NCBI GenBank assembly: GCA_905479205.1
Contig: CAJQLP010000065.1
Coordinates: forward strand, 1-47,295
Length of the DNA stretch: 47,295 bases
Reading direction: 5' to 3'
Source of the DNA: an uncultured Luminiphilus sp.
GTDB taxonomy: Bacteria; Pseudomonadota; Gammaproteobacteria; Pseudomonadales; Halieaceae
The stretch's first letter is position 1. Every line of letters begins with the position of its first letter. Below are positions 28,972 to 44,550 of this stretch, piece after piece. Below the pieces are notes generated by a model that was given only the letters and a program-made list of their open reading frames with translations, was not told the origin of the DNA and did no database searches. The position numbers and the translations under genes were made by a program.

Positions 28972-30402
28972 TCATGCGGGGAAATCTGCCAAACCAAATG
29001 GTTTATTTTTTTCAGGTTGCTGCCATGCTTTGCGCACTACTGGCCCAAGAGCTATCAGCGAAATAAATAACAAAAGAATTTCTAAGTGATAGACCGCGCC
29101 ATAGGCGGCCACCGCATCATCGAGTAGAGGATCGATTGCGCCGCTTAATGACAGCGTCGCAAATAAGTCGCGCAAAGCACCGCCAGCAAATACCGCGACC
29201 CCTGTGGCGGTTGCGCTAACCGCGCCCCAAGCGCCCAGAGCGAGTCCGGCTTGGCTCTCTTCACCCAATGCCATCACCGCGGTGAGAGTGCCCACTGCAA
29301 AAAAGCCACTCCCTAATCCAATTCCGAAGACACCAATATAAAATAACAGTACGCTGCTAATCGGTGCAGCGAGAATAACCGTGGCAAAGGCGAATATGCC
29401 GATAACGCAACCCGCGGCCGCAAGACGAATAGGGTCACGCGAATCACTGATTAGCCGAGCGGATACTACGAACGCAATCAACATGCCCAAAGCCCAGACC
29501 GCTGTTAACGATGTCGTCTCGCTAACGCTCATCTGCAAAATTTCTGCGCCATAAGGTTCCAACAAAATATCTTGCATGCTGAACCCCATCGTTCCAACAC
29601 CAAGACCAAGCAGTAATCGACTTGTCCGACCGCGCTCAGAAAACTGTCGCCACGCTGCTCGGAACTTAGGTCTTACTTGGTTATGGTGCGTCAAATCGGG
29701 CCGCCGAGGTTCTTGCTTCCAAAGCGCTACCAGATTTAAGACAACCGTCGCCATTGCGGCGCCCTGCAATACCTTAATTAATCGTATGTAATTGAAATCG
29801 GTGAGCAACCAAGCGAATCCAAGACTTGCGATAATGGTGCCGACAAGCAAAGAGATATAAAGCAAGGCCACGACTTTTGAGCGGGTTTCTGCGGTAGCAA
29901 GATCTGTCGCTAACGCAAGTCCAGCAGTTTGCGTAGTGTGGAGGCCTGCACCAACGAGCACAAACGCTAACATCGCCGCGGCAGGCCCAACGAAGGCTGG
30001 ACCATTATGAGGCTCGGTCATCACAATAAGTGCGAAAGGCATGATCGCTAGTCCGCCAAATTGCATCAGAGTTCCAAACCACAGATAAGGCACTCTGCGC
30101 CAACCAAGGTATGACCGATGATGATCCGAGCGGTAGCCTATTAAGGCGCGTGCAGGAGCAAGCAATAGGGGTATAGCTACCATCAGTGAAACCAGCCATG
30201 CAGGCTGCGCTAGCTCTACCACCATAATTCGATTCAGAGTGCCGGTGAGTAACACTACCGAAATAGCTACCGACACTTGAAAAAGGGCTAATCGCAGCAA
30301 TCGCGGCATTGACAGCTCGATGCTCGCAGCGTCCGCAAAGGGGAGCCAGCGTGTGCTAGCCCCCTGAACCGATGCAATAAAGCGCTGTCGAGAAATAATC
30401 AC
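28972..30402 (-). CDS. lhaA: LH1 assembly protein LhaA (PucC/BCD family MFS)
   Basis: LPFADAAS.EL, RLALFQVS, GTLNRIMVVEL, QDILLEPYG; located between bchM and puhA. Confidence 0.92.
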   Translation of the reverse strand: MIISRQRFIASVQGASTRWLPFADAASIELSMPRLLRLALFQVSVAISVVLLTGTLNRIMVVELAQPAWLVSLMVAIPLLLAPARALIGYRSDHHRSYLGWRRVPYLWFGTLMQFGGLAIMPFALIVMTEPHNGPAFVGPAAAMLAFVLVGAGLHTTQTAGLALATDLATAETRSKVVALLYISLLVGTIIASLGFAWLLTDFNYIRLIKVLQGAAMATVVLNLVALWKQEPRRPDLTHHNQVRPKFRAAWRQFSERGRTSRLLLGLGVGTMGFSMQDILLEPYGAEILQMSVSETTSLTAVWALGMLIAFVVSARLISDSRDPIRLAAAGCVIGIFAFATVILAAPISSVLLFYIGVFGIGLGSGFFAVGTLTAVMALGEESQAGLALGAWGAVSATATGVAVFAGGALRDLFATLSLSGAIDPLLDDAVAAYGAVYHLEILLLFISLIALGPVVRKAWQQPEKNKPFGLADFPA

Positions 30403-31099
30403 AGGCGCACGATCTCCTGAGCCTGCGATATATAGAAACCGCGATTAACCCGGTGGCTACGTGCGGATCGCCAGTCTTGCAACTCGCCTGAGCCTTGAAT
30501 ATCGCGCGCTAGTCCTTTTTCACTTATTGGGACTATTGCTGGCGATCGATCTCCCCGAGGGAAGAACTGTCCCAATGAATGCATCAGCGCAAGCAGCGGG
30601 GTACGTGGTGCAAACGTAAAAATAATACTAGCTCGCACTGTTTTAGCCATGGACTCCAAGGTCTGCATTCCGTCCACGGGGTCGTAATGAATAAGCGAGT
30701 CCATAGCAACAATATGATCAAACTCACCCAGCGATGCCTGGCGCATATCACCCACTTTGAAATCGATCTGCCCGGCCATTTGCTCACCTGCCACGCGCTC
30801 GGAAGCCAAGTCAACGAGCGTCGGAGACAAGTCCATTGCAACTACCTCCGCCCCACGGCGCGCTGCCTCTAGCGCCAGCGCACCCGTGCCACAGCCTGCA
30901 TCAAGAAGACGTTTGCCGTGTAAATCCTGCGGCAGCCAACTCAAGATCGTGGCGCGCATCTGATCGCGCCCTTCCCTCACTGTTTGACGAATGCCACTCA
31001 CAGGTTCATCTGATGTGAGCTTCGCCCAAGTGTCTGCAGCGGTGCGATCGAAATAGTGTTCGATCTGCTCTCTGCGGCGCTCGTAGGACATCAAATTCA

Positions 31100-31100
<1 letters not shown>
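30399..31100 (-). CDS. bchM: Mg-protoporphyrin IX methyltransferase
   Basis: YFDRTA..W..LTS, LDAGCGTG, MDSLIHY, GFYISQA; ATG 31100 overlaps the bchL stop. Confidence 0.96.
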
Positions 31101-35719
<4,619 letters not shown>

Positions 35720-35748
<29 letters not shown>

Positions 35749-37264
35749 ACAAGGTCTCCACTTCAATCACGTTTAAACCGTGTTCGACAGCAAATGACTC
35801 AGTATTGCGACGGGCTTTGCCGCGCACAAAGAACGGGATTTTTTTCAATTCAAGTTCAGCCGAGTTTGCCCATGCAATCTCAGCATCATCAGCGTTTACT
35901 TGCTCCTCAGGACGCTTGCTGACGCCACCCTCTTCCGCCAAATGCGAAGGGACGGCACTGTCATTGAATTCAAAATCGTCTCTGAACATCGTGAGAAGAT
36001 GCTCTTCGAGACCCATAACGAGAGGATGTACCCACGTGTCAAACATAACGTTTGCACCCTCGAAACCCATTTGTGGCGAGTATCGCGCGGGATAATCTTG
36101 CACATGCGCAGGGGTTGATATCACCGCGCAACCAATACCTAGACGCTTGGCGATATGACGCTCCATTTGAGTACCCAGCACCAATTCAGGCGCCAGTCGC
36201 TCTACCGCTGCCTCGACCTCAAGATAATCACTGGTAATCAGCGCTTCTAAACCGAGCTCCTTAGCCGCAGCGCGGACATCACGCGCCTGCTCTCGGGCAT
36301 AGGTACCCAGTCCAACAACCTCAAAACCCAGTTCTCGCGAGGCGACCCTGGCCGCCGCAATAGCATGGGTTGCATCGCCAAAAATAAATACGCGCTTACC
36401 GGTGAGATAAGTGGAGTCAACGGAGCGCGAGTACCAGGGCAAGCGGCAATGATCGATAGCATCAATATTAATTGGGTAATCGAGTGCCTCTGAAACAGCG
36501 GTGAGAAAATCGCGCGTCGCGCCGTAACCCAGCGGAACAATATCGACATAAGGCATACCGAATTGCCGCTTCAACCATTGGCAGGTCGACGCAGCCACTT
36601 CGGGATACAAACAAACATTAAGATCCGCATTAGGAATTTCGAGCAAGTCAGCCGGTGAAGCACCCAAGGGTGCTACGACATTGACATCGATCCCGACACC
36701 ATTAAGTAAGGACTCAATTTCTAGAATATCGTCGCGACAGCGAAAGCCGAGCTTTGTCGGCCCTAATAAATTGACGCTAGGCCTAACAGGTCTATTGTCT
36801 GCCGTAGCCGCTGGCTTTTCGACACCCCGCAACAAACCTGCAACCAACTGGAAGAATGTTTCGCTTGCGCCCCAGTTTTCTTTGCGTGAATACGCGACCA
36901 TTTCTAAAGGAACAACGGGTATCGAGATGCCAGCGGTAGCGGCTAAAGAGCCTGGCTGATCCTGCAATAATTCCGCCGTACATGAATCAGCAACAAGTAG
37001 CACCTGGGGTTTAAAACGGTCGGCAGCTGCGCGCAACGTGTCGAGGAAACAGTTAGCTGTGCTTCCACCTAAATCTCGTGCTTGAAACGTCGTATAGGTA
37101 ACCGGTGGACGCTTACCGTCCCGTTCAATCATGGTAAATAGTAGGTCAGCATACGTATCCCCCTGAGGGGCGTGTAGCACTAAATGGACTCGTTCCATCG
37201 ATGCTGCAACACGAATAGCGCCGACGTGAGGCGGTCCTTCATAGGTCCACAATGTTAGCTCCAC
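35720..37264 (-). CDS. bchB: DPOR subunit B
   Basis: [43 protein letters not shown]. Confidence 0.98.
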
Positions 37265-38547
37265 GAACCCACCTCCAACCGCGCTTGACGGCGCAAGGGA
37301 CGCGCAAATAATTCGGCTAAATCCCCCGCCTGATCAAAGCCTTGAATGGGTGAAAACATGAGCTCGATAGACCACTTAGTGCGCAGTCCCTCAGCTTCCA
37401 GAGGGTTAGCAATGCCCATGCCGCAGACTGTGAGGTCAGGCCGTGAAGCCCTCACTCGGTCGAGGGCAGTGTCTAGATCTTGCCCTTCGAACCATTCGAC
37501 ACCCTCTGGCAACAAAGGTGCTTCTTGGGCCATTGTTAGTGCGTCGTAAAAAGGGGTCGATACCTCAGTGGGCACCATTCCGCATTCGCGGGACAGGAAG
37601 CGCGCTAAAGGGATTTCTAACTGTGAATCAGGAAGGAACGCGATACGTCGATTCTCCAACGTTTCCTTACAACCCTCTAAAGACCGCTGCGCCCGCTCAA
37701 AAGGTGCGCGCATGGTGCTTTTAAAGACATCCTCTGGCACATTAAAGCTCTCTGCAGCCGCGCGGAACCATGCCAATGAACCCTCTGCTCCCAGCGGAAA
37801 CGGTGCAGCTAGCAGGGTCGCGCCGCGGGCTATTAGCGCTCGCGCGGTTTCACCAAGATAGGGCTGTGCCAGTAAAATGCGAGTACCTGGGCCAATCGAG
37901 GGCAACGTTTCCGATTGCCTGCCTGGGAAAAAATTCAATTCCTCGATGCCGAGCTCTCCAAACAACCGAGCAAATTGATCTTCGACGATGTCAGGCAAGC
38001 TGCCTACGACGAGCAACTGGTTTTTCTCGACTGTGTGGACTGGCATTTCAGGAACAAGGTTTTGTAAGCAGCTATCTTCACCTTGAGTGAATGTCGTTTC
38101 GATACCGCTTCCCGAGTACGAAATCACACGCAGCGAACCTTGTGACCTCTCTCGATAGCGCTTAGCAATGTTCTCTAAATCTATCTTGATGACTTCGGAT
38201 GGGCAGGAAGACACCAGAAATAAGGTTTTCAAGTTAGGTCTACGCTGAAGAACCTTAGCAATCATCCGCTCTACTTCTTCAGAACAATCGGCCATACCGG
38301 CCAAATCACGATCATCGAGTACAGCGGTTGCAAACCGTGGTTCGGAGAAAATCATCACGCCCGCAGCCGATTGGATTAAGTGTGCGCAGGTACGTGAGCC
38401 TACCACCAGAAAAAACGCATCTTGGATTTTTCGGTGCAGCCATACAATCGACGTTAACCCACAAAATACAGCACGCTGCCCACGCTCGACCGTGATGTCA
38501 GGGCCACCGTCTTTACGGCCAACATCCGTTGCAAGCACCGCACCCAT
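37255..38547 (-). CDS. bchN: DPOR subunit N
   Basis: [41 protein letters not shown]. Confidence 0.98.
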   Translation of the reverse strand: MGAVLATDVGRKDGGPDITVERGQRAVFCGLTSIVWLHRKIQDAFFLVVGSRTCAHLIQSAAGVMIFSEPRFATAVLDDRDLAGMADCSEEVERMIAKVLQRRPNLKTLFLVSSCPSEVIKIDLENIAKRYRERSQGSLRVISYSGSGIETTFTQGEDSCLQNLVPEMPVHTVEKNQLLVVGSLPDIVEDQFARLFGELGIEELNFFPGRQSETLPSIGPGTRILLAQPYLGETARALIARGATLLAAPFPLGAEGSLAWFRAAAESFNVPEDVFKSTMRAPFERAQRSLEGCKETLENRRIAFLPDSQLEIPLARFLSRECGMVPTEVSTPFYDALTMAQEAPLLPEGVEWFEGQDLDTALDRVRASRPDLTVCGMGIANPLEAEGLRTKWSIELMFSPIQGFDQAGDLAELFARPLRRQARLEVGSWS

Positions 38548-39068
38548 TAGCGACTAACTCCCATGGACATGTTAGCTGTATCGAGGGCCGACCCACTGTC
38601 GGCTCGACCAATACTGAACTTAAGAAGGAATTGCGCCGCGTTGACCACGTAGGCGACATAGGCGGCAATCGCCAGCCACATAAGTGATTGCGGCGTCATA
38701 CTGCTAGTGACTAGCGCCACTACATAGGCAGTGTGTAACGCGATAACCACCATGCTGACGACATCTTCCCAAAAGAAAGCACGGGCAAATAAATAGCGCC
38801 CAAACACCACTTTCTCCCAAATTGCGCCCGTGACCATAATGGCGTAGAGAAACGCTGTTTTTATGAGTACTGATACCGTGGCGCCATAGTAACCGTCACC
38901 CGTCATCAGATAATGAATAATGCAAGCGAGGGATAGCGCGAACGCGAGGAATTGTAGGGGCGCAAGGATACCCTGGACTAACGTCCACTTGGTTTCGTCA
39001 CGTCGCTTTTTCTGTTCAGGCGTATAGATCTCAGCCACCCCCGGCCTTGATGTTTGTTTTTTTATCAT
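38547..39068 (-). CDS. bchF: 3-vinyl bacteriochlorophyllide hydratase
   Basis: YTPEQKKRRD..WTLVQGILAPLQF, WEKVVFG, FFWED, NAAQF; GGAGG RBS before ATG 39068. Confidence 0.97.
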   Translation of the reverse strand: MIKKQTSRPGVAEIYTPEQKKRRDETKWTLVQGILAPLQFLAFALSLACIIHYLMTGDGYYGATVSVLIKTAFLYAIMVTGAIWEKVVFGRYLFARAFFWEDVVSMVVIALHTAYVVALVTSSMTPQSLMWLAIAAYVAYVVNAAQFLLKFSIGRADSGSALDTANMSMGVSR

Positions 39069-39136
39069 TGTTGCTGCCCCTCCGGTCAGCATGGACCTGA
39101 GTGTGTCCAGACAGACTACTAATCACTCACACCATG

Positions 39137-39179
39137 TGTCAACTTTATTATACGCCTATTTTGTCTTTTTATTTGTACG
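39137..39179. promoter_or_regulatory. Tandem PpsR-like boxes between bchF and ppsR
   Basis: TGTCAA-N6-TATACG (39137-39154), 7 bp gap, TGTCTT-N6-TGTACG (39162-39179); both TGT-N12-ACG. Confidence 0.7.
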
Positions 39180-39352
39180 CTATTGATCCATAACGTGGCC
39201 TCACCCGTATAGATGTCAAATATGCGTATGATTTGGGTGTCACGTGAGAGGCAAAACGTACTTGATGACCGAAATTACCGCGTCCATTCATAAGCCTAGG
39301 GGCTGACGATAGTCATGCCCGCTAGTCAACGTAGATTCAGGCAAGGTGAACC

Positions 39353-40726
39353 ATGGACTTCCATCCCGGTACTGCGAATCACGCATTGAACGCCCTCGCC
39401 GACGTCACCCTAAAGCTAGATACTGACGGGGTCGTTGTAGAGAGCCAGGTCAACCGCGCTGATGCTGCGGATTTAAGGCAAATAAACTGGCAAGGGAAAG
39501 CACTGCAAAGCCTTGTGATAGCAAGCCATCAGGTCAAAGTCGCACAAATGATCGATTGGTGCGTCAAACATCCTGACGCAACTTCCACAGCCACGCTCGC
39601 TCACTTCGTTAGCAGCACCGATACCCCCGCCGCCGTGCGCTATATTTTCTTTTACAGCAGCGCAGATCAACGCATCATTGCAGCCGGCCAAGACAAACGA
39701 GAGTTAAGTGACGCGAAACAGCAGCTCGTCAATGCCCAGCTCTCTATGGAACGCGATTACTGGTCCATGAGGCAGACAGAGACTCGCTACCGGCGACTTT
39801 TAGACATGTCCAACGACGGATTTCTAGTGGTTGACGACAGCAGTCAGCGAGTGCTCGAGTGTAATCAGGCCGCGAGTGCGCTATTGCAGTTGGGCGAACA
39901 GTCTCTTGTGGGCCTGCCTTTTCCCCAGCAAGGAGGGGGCAACTATGAAGGGGGCAACTATAGAGCCGAGCTCGACAAACTCATAAGCACCGCACGAACT
40001 AAAGGCACTGCCTCAAACATCGTCAACTCCCCGACGTCGAAGGGGGAATTGGTCGTCGACATCGACTATCTAACCCAAACAGCGGGGGCTGTACTGCTGG
40101 TCCGTATCAGCCCGGTCTCCGAAAGCAGCGGACTCGGCCATGATCGCGATCATTTTGAACGCGTTCCGGACGCCGTATTACAACTGGATAAATCAGGGCG
40201 AATAACTGCCACAAACCGGGTGTTTCTCGACTGGATTCAAGAACCTTCCGATCGGCATGTCGTTGGCAGAAATGCTGACGATTGGCTGGGGCGCACCGGG
40301 GTGGACTTACAGGTATTAATGAGTAACTTGACACAACGAGGCGCCGTTACCCGCTACGCATCGACACTGCGCATGCAACCGAACGCACTTACAGACATTG
40401 AGATTTCGGCCTCAAGTCACAAACAAAACGACGAGAACGTTTACCTGCTGTTCTTGAGGGACACTTCGCGACGAATCTCTCGCGAAGACATAACTTCCAC
40501 CGCCTTGCCGGCCTCAATTGAGCAAATCACTCGTCGCGTAGGGCAAACTCAGCTCAAAGAACTCGTGCGTGAATCGACCGATGTTATCGAAGCATTGTGT
40601 ATCGAATCGGCACTTAAACTAACGAGCAATAACCGAGCCTCTGCGGCAGAACTATTAGGATTAAGCCGACAGAGCCTCTACACAAAATTACGACGTTTTG
40701 GCATTGGGGATTCCGACAACGAGTAA
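39353..40726 (+). CDS. ppsR: Photosynthesis gene repressor PpsR/CrtJ
   Basis: N-PAS, Q-linker QQLVNAQLSMERDY...ETRYR, two PAS domains, HTH CIESAL..T.NNRASAAELLGLSRQSLY. Confidence 0.96.
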   Translation: MDFHPGTANHALNALADVTLKLDTDGVVVESQVNRADAADLRQINWQGKALQSLVIASHQVKVAQMIDWCVKHPDATSTATLAHFVSSTDTPAAVRYIFFYSSADQRIIAAGQDKRELSDAKQQLVNAQLSMERDYWSMRQTETRYRRLLDMSNDGFLVVDDSSQRVLECNQAASALLQLGEQSLVGLPFPQQGGGNYEGGNYRAELDKLISTARTKGTASNIVNSPTSKGELVVDIDYLTQTAGAVLLVRISPVSESSGLGHDRDHFERVPDAVLQLDKSGRITATNRVFLDWIQEPSDRHVVGRNADDWLGRTGVDLQVLMSNLTQRGAVTRYASTLRMQPNALTDIEISASSHKQNDENVYLLFLRDTSRRISREDITSTALPASIEQITRRVGQTQLKELVRESTDVIEALCIESALKLTSNNRASAAELLGLSRQSLYTKLRRFGIGDSDNE

Positions 40727-40744
40727 CAAATATGACGACATGAG

Positions 40745-40786
40745 TGTCTATTTGAATTGACACTGCCCTGCCGTGCTGCCTATAGT
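40745..40786 (+). promoter_or_regulatory. PpsR box overlapping a sigma70 promoter of bchG
   Basis: TGTCTA-N6-TTGACA (40745-40762); TTGACA-18 bp-TATAGT (40757-40786). Confidence 0.8.
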
Positions 40787-40792
40787 CTCTGT

Positions 40793-41704
40793 ATGCTGCA
40801 TACACCACACATAGCCGAAAGCGCCAATCGTCGTCGGACAGCTTACGCAATGCTCGAGCTTTTGAAGCCCGTCACCTGGTTTCCGCCCATGTGGGCCTTT
40901 TTGTGTGGCGCTATCTCTGCGGGAGCCAACCTTCTCGATAATGCCCTACTACTTACTGCTGGGATTATCCTTACTGGACCGCTTGTCTGTGGCGCAAGCC
41001 AGGTCGTAAATGATTGGTATGACCGCCATGTTGACGCTATTAACGAGCCTAATCGACCTATTCCGTCCGGCAGAGTACCGGGCAACATAGGCTTTTATTT
41101 TGCCGTAATCTGGACGGCCCTAGCACTTGCCTGGGGCGCCTTCTTTGGCGTCTGGGTTTTTGCGGCTACGTTTGTCGGCCTGGTCCTCGCTTGGGCCTAC
41201 AGCGCCCCTCCACTGCGACTAAAACTCAACGGATGGATTGGTAACGCCGCAGTAGGACTCAGCTATGAAGGCCTCGCATGGATAACCGGCGCAGCACTTA
41301 TGCTCGGGGGCCACATTCCGTCTAGTGCAATAATCCTAGTCGCCGTTCTCTACAGCGTGGGCGCGCATGGCATCATGACACTTAACGATTTCAAGTCTAT
41401 CGAAGGCGATCGACAAATCGGGATTAAATCATTGCCCGCCCAGCTAGGCGCAAAGCGAGCCGCTCACGTTGCCTGCATTGTTATGCTCATCCCTCAACTG
41501 ATCGTCATCGCACTGCTCATACGTTGGGGGAGTTACTGGCAAGCTGTCGCTATCGCTGGACTCGTTGCTGGGCAACTGCTTGCGATGCGCCATATGCTAA
41601 AAGCGCCTAAAGAGCGCGCGCCTTGGTACAACGGTACAGGGGTCAGTGCCTATGTAACCGGCATGATGATAGCTGCAACCGCGCTACCTGGAATAACGCT
41701 ATGA
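40793..41704 (+). CDS. bchG: Bacteriochlorophyll synthase
   Basis: LLKPVTWFPPMWAF, NDWYDRHVDAINEP.RPIPSG, NDFKSIEGD. Confidence 0.97.
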   Translation: MLHTPHIAESANRRRTAYAMLELLKPVTWFPPMWAFLCGAISAGANLLDNALLLTAGIILTGPLVCGASQVVNDWYDRHVDAINEPNRPIPSGRVPGNIGFYFAVIWTALALAWGAFFGVWVFAATFVGLVLAWAYSAPPLRLKLNGWIGNAAVGLSYEGLAWITGAALMLGGHIPSSAIILVAVLYSVGAHGIMTLNDFKSIEGDRQIGIKSLPAQLGAKRAAHVACIVMLIPQLIVIALLIRWGSYWQAVAIAGLVAGQLLAMRHMLKAPKERAPWYNGTGVSAYVTGMMIAATALPGITL

Positions 41705-43071
41705 ATGCACAGTTAGTTGGCTTGGGATGGGGCGGGATTTTTCGCCTCGGATTAGTACAAACATCCCTGGGCGCTATTATTGTACTGACAACATCGACAC
41801 TCAACCGAATCATGGTGGTCGAACTTGCTTTGCCTGCAATGCTACCGGGCTTTCTTGTGGCGCTACACCATGTTGTGCAGCTCGCGCGCCCGCGGATTGG
41901 CCACGGCTCTGATGTGGGCGGTCGACGCACCCCTTGGATTATCGGAGGCATGCTTCTACTCGCTATCAGTGGTGTCGTAGCCGCCTTAGGCACCGTGCTA
42001 ATGGCCACATCAACAACCCTTGGCACCCTCGTCAGCGCGCTAGGCTTTCTTGGCATCGGCCTAGGATCGGGCGCGACGGGAACATCACTACTAGTATTAC
42101 TGGCAAAGACCGTTAGTGCCGATCGTAAACCTGCAGCCGCGACTATCGTCTGGTTCATGATGATTGCAGGGTTTGCAATTACAGCAGGCACCGCCGGTGC
42201 CTATCTTGACCCCTACTCGCCCGAACGACTGATTGCCGTAACTGCGGCTGTTTCTGTCCTTGCTGTTTTTGTAACGCTCATTGCGATTCGTGGCGTTGAA
42301 TCAAGCATCAACCTTCCGTGCGCACCCGCTGATACGCCGCAGCGCCAGGCCAACTTCAAGCTCGCCTTGCGCGAAGTCTGGACTGACACTACCGCGCGCC
42401 GATTCACCGTTTTTGTTTTCCTTTCAATGCTCGCCTACAGCTTTCAGGACCTAATTCTAGAGCCTTTTGCCGGACTCGCATTTGGTATGTCGCCGGGAGA
42501 ATCCACGCAACTCGCAGGGACTCAACACGGCGGAGTGTTGCTTGGCATGCTCGCTGTTGCAGCTAGCGGCTCACTGGCAAAGCGACATTCGGGTCGTCTA
42601 CTCAAGCGCTGGGTGGTTGGAGGCTGCATTGCATCAGCTTTTGCACTCGCGGGCATTGCTTGGGGCGGTGCGCACTCAGATAACTGGAACCTTTCAGCCA
42701 ATGTGTTCTTGTTGGGCGCAGCCAATGGCGCGTTCGCTGTTGCGGCTATCGCCTCAATGATGACGCTTGCCAGTCAAGGCAACGATGGCAGAGAAGGATT
42801 ACGTATGGGACTTTGGGGCGCAGCCCAAGCGATTGCATTTGCTGCGGGCGGATTCCTTGGAACTGTTGCAGTCGATCTGTGCCGTCAATGGATAACCGAA
42901 CCAACTCACGCTTACGGCGTAGTCTTCCTCTTTGAGGCGTGCTTGTTCTTCGTCGCGGCTTATCTAGGATCCGCAGTTGAAGCACTCGGAAGCGAAACAA
43001 ACGCAGCATCTAAACCCTTACGTTTTGGTGATGTCGCACTACAAGAAGTCATGGATGGAGGTGTTACATGA
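41701..43071 (+). CDS. pucC: PucC/Bch2 BCD-family MFS protein
   Basis: RLGLVQ, TSTLNRIMVVEL, GHGSD.GGRRTPW, QDLILEPFAG, MGLWGAAQA; between bchG and bchP. Confidence 0.88.
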   Translation: MNAQLVGLGWGGIFRLGLVQTSLGAIIVLTTSTLNRIMVVELALPAMLPGFLVALHHVVQLARPRIGHGSDVGGRRTPWIIGGMLLLAISGVVAALGTVLMATSTTLGTLVSALGFLGIGLGSGATGTSLLVLLAKTVSADRKPAAATIVWFMMIAGFAITAGTAGAYLDPYSPERLIAVTAAVSVLAVFVTLIAIRGVESSINLPCAPADTPQRQANFKLALREVWTDTTARRFTVFVFLSMLAYSFQDLILEPFAGLAFGMSPGESTQLAGTQHGGVLLGMLAVAASGSLAKRHSGRLLKRWVVGGCIASAFALAGIAWGGAHSDNWNLSANVFLLGAANGAFAVAAIASMMTLASQGNDGREGLRMGLWGAAQAIAFAAGGFLGTVAVDLCRQWITEPTHAYGVVFLFEACLFFVAAYLGSAVEALGSETNAASKPLRFGDVALQEVMDGGVT

Positions 43072-44261
43072 ACGGTACTGACTACGATGTCGTTGTCGTT
43101 GGTGGCGGCCCCTCGGGAGCGACCGCAGCGAACGACTTAGCGCTAATTGGTTGGCGAGTGTTATTAATCGAGCGTGCCTTTCGTATAAAACCGTGTGGCG
43201 GCGCGGTTCCCCCCTGCCTTCTTGATGAATTTGAAATCCCACAGTCACTAGTCGTCGCCAAAATCAACTCTGCACGGATGATTTCACCGGCCGAACACAA
43301 AGTTGACATGCCTATTGGTAATACGTTCGTAGGCATGGTTGATCGCGATAAATTCGACCCCTGGCTCCGCGCGCGTGCCGAGCAAAATGGCGCGACGTTA
43401 CATATTGGTGTCTACAAAGGCCTGCACTACGACGATCAAGGCGTTATTCACCTCTCCTATGATTCCAAGGAAGGCGACAAAGCCTCTCGCACTGTGACGA
43501 CCCGCGCAGTGATAGGCGCTGATGGCGCGCGCTCGAAAGTGGGTAAGCACACGATACCTTGCTCGGCCAAACTGAAATGGGTGATGGCATACCACGAGAT
43601 CGTGAAAGCTCCCCTAGCTGCGTCTCGGGACGATTATGATCCCGACCGCTGTGACGTTTGGTACCAAGGGGACTTGTCACCCGATTTCTACGCATGGGTA
43701 TTTCCTCATGGAGAGCACGCGAGCATCGGCGTCGGTAGTGAACAAAAATCGTTCTCTGCGCCTCGCTCAGTTGCAAAGCTGCGTGAAAAGACCGGACTCC
43801 AGGATTGTCCGACAATTCGCAAAGAAGGCGCGCCTATTCCCATGAAACCCCTTGAACGCTGGGACGATGGCCGAGGTGTATTGTTGGCAGGTGATGCTGC
43901 GGGTGTTGTCGCGCCCGCATCGGGGGAAGGTATTTACTACGCAATGCTATGCGGTCGTATTGCCGCAGACACCGTCAGACTCTTTTTGATGACTGGAAAT
44001 CCCCAAAAATTAAAGCTCGCTCGTAAGTCATTCATGAAACTCCACGGCCGTGTATTTTGGGCGTTGGGGCTGCTCCAATGGTTTTGGTACGGCAGTGATA
44101 AGCGCCGTGAGAAATTTGTCAGCATGTGCCGTGACAAAGACGTGCAGGAGCTCACGTGGCAATCCTATACGACTAAAAAACTGGTTAAGCGACGGAAAGT
44201 CGCTCATCTGAGAGTAATACTCAAAGACGTGCAGCAGCTCATGGGTCTGGCTGCAAGTTAG
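43068..44261 (+). CDS. bchP: Geranylgeranyl reductase
   Basis: GGGPSG, KPCGGA, DFYAWVFP, GDAAG.V...SGEGIYYA. Confidence 0.97.
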   Translation: MNGTDYDVVVVGGGPSGATAANDLALIGWRVLLIERAFRIKPCGGAVPPCLLDEFEIPQSLVVAKINSARMISPAEHKVDMPIGNTFVGMVDRDKFDPWLRARAEQNGATLHIGVYKGLHYDDQGVIHLSYDSKEGDKASRTVTTRAVIGADGARSKVGKHTIPCSAKLKWVMAYHEIVKAPLAASRDDYDPDRCDVWYQGDLSPDFYAWVFPHGEHASIGVGSEQKSFSAPRSVAKLREKTGLQDCPTIRKEGAPIPMKPLERWDDGRGVLLAGDAAGVVAPASGEGIYYAMLCGRIAADTVRLFLMTGNPQKLKLARKSFMKLHGRVFWALGLLQWFWYGSDKRREKFVSMCRDKDVQELTWQSYTTKKLVKRRKVAHLRVILKDVQQLMGLAAS

Positions 44262-44542
44262 TGCCCGTTATCGAACAGCTCATAACATCTGGAGACTTCT
44301 TCGACTGGGTGTTGGCCGGTATCGCTTTCGAAGGGGTTCTGCTGACCGGCTGGTTGATGTATGGGGCCAAAAGTAAACAACCCCTCACGCTGCTGCCCAA
44401 TCTACTCGCGGGGGCTAGTCTCATGCTGGCCATAAAAATGGTAGTCACAGACGCGCCATGGCACTGGTTAGCGGCTGCACTCACAGCCGCATTACTAGCA
44501 CATATTGTTGATTTAATTAGCCGCTTGAGAGAGCAGCTTTAG
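44261..44542 (+). CDS. Small 3-TM hypothetical protein coupled to bchP
   Basis: TAGTG overlap with bchP; hydrophobic; NLLAG..L.LA and AH..DL..R patterns. Confidence 0.7.
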   Translation: MPVIEQLITSGDFFDWVLAGIAFEGVLLTGWLMYGAKSKQPLTLLPNLLAGASLMLAIKMVVTDAPWHWLAAALTAALLAHIVDLISRLREQL

Positions 44543-44550
44543 AACCGCGT

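Noticed and set aside
39214-39231. TGTCAA half-sites here and at 25894, and TGTAAA at 23561
   Set aside because: No ACA/ACG at the matching position of the 18-mer
41643-42191. Long antisense ORFs (e.g. 182 aa here, 148 aa at 5691-6137, 146 aa at 19644-20084)
   Set aside because: Shadow frames of well-conserved genes, with no motifs
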